This document shows, one piece after another, positions 63,841 through 64,000 of a stretch of 64,000 bases of DNA. Position numbers and translations under genes: made by a program. The stretch is from Okamejei kenojei. Lineage: Eukaryota. Below the pieces are notes generated by a model. It was not told the DNA's origin and searched no databases. It saw only the letters and a program-made list of their open reading frames with translations. The first letter of the stretch is position 1, and every line of letters begins with the position of its first letter. Where the stretch lies: positions 20,770,001 through 20,834,000 of the forward strand of contig CM069143.1 of assembly GCA_035221665.1 (NCBI GenBank). The letters are read 5' to 3'.

Positions 63841-64000
63841 AAGACCATACATATCCTGTGCATATTTAATTATATTCATGCCGTTAGAAAAAAAAGTGAT
63901 TTCCAATTTCTATAAATGAATCTCACATCTTAAAAATGCGCATTCTTTTGTATGTAAATGATTTTAGACAATAATTACAGTGGTCCCTTATAACTCATCC

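Overview
This is vertebrate genomic DNA, most likely from a cartilaginous fish (skate/ray/shark). That assignment is inferred from V-SINE/HE1-like SINEs, CR1 3' ends with (TTTCTATG)n tails and abundant Penelope relics. The only host gene is protocadherin-19 (PCDH19) on the minus strand. Its large first coding exon (about 33103 to 30614) encodes a signal peptide, six cadherin repeats, a transmembrane helix and the proximal cytoplasmic tail, and ends at a GTGAGT donor. Bases 1-30613 are therefore probably intron (no later exon was recognised), and bases above about 33.1 kb are 5'UTR, CpG-rich promoter and upstream intergenic DNA. The rest is a transposon landscape: a degenerate DIRS1-type element, a Sushi-like chromoviral Gypsy provirus with LTRs and a GAAAA target-site duplication (TSD), CR1, RTE-X-like, Tx1 and Penelope fragments, SINEs, and Tigger and Harbinger MITEs. 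Most notable: (1) more than 15 short Penelope-derived units with a minimal hammerhead-ribozyme-like core, several inserted as stand-alone, often head-to-head, units with 10-14 bp TSDs; (2) PCDH19 apparently lacks the intron(s) that split human exons 1-3; (3) a roughly 790 bp foldback palindrome; (4) a 141 bp highly structured retroposed RNA with a 12 bp TSD; (5) scars of local templated copying. Repeat family names come from recalled motifs, not database searches.
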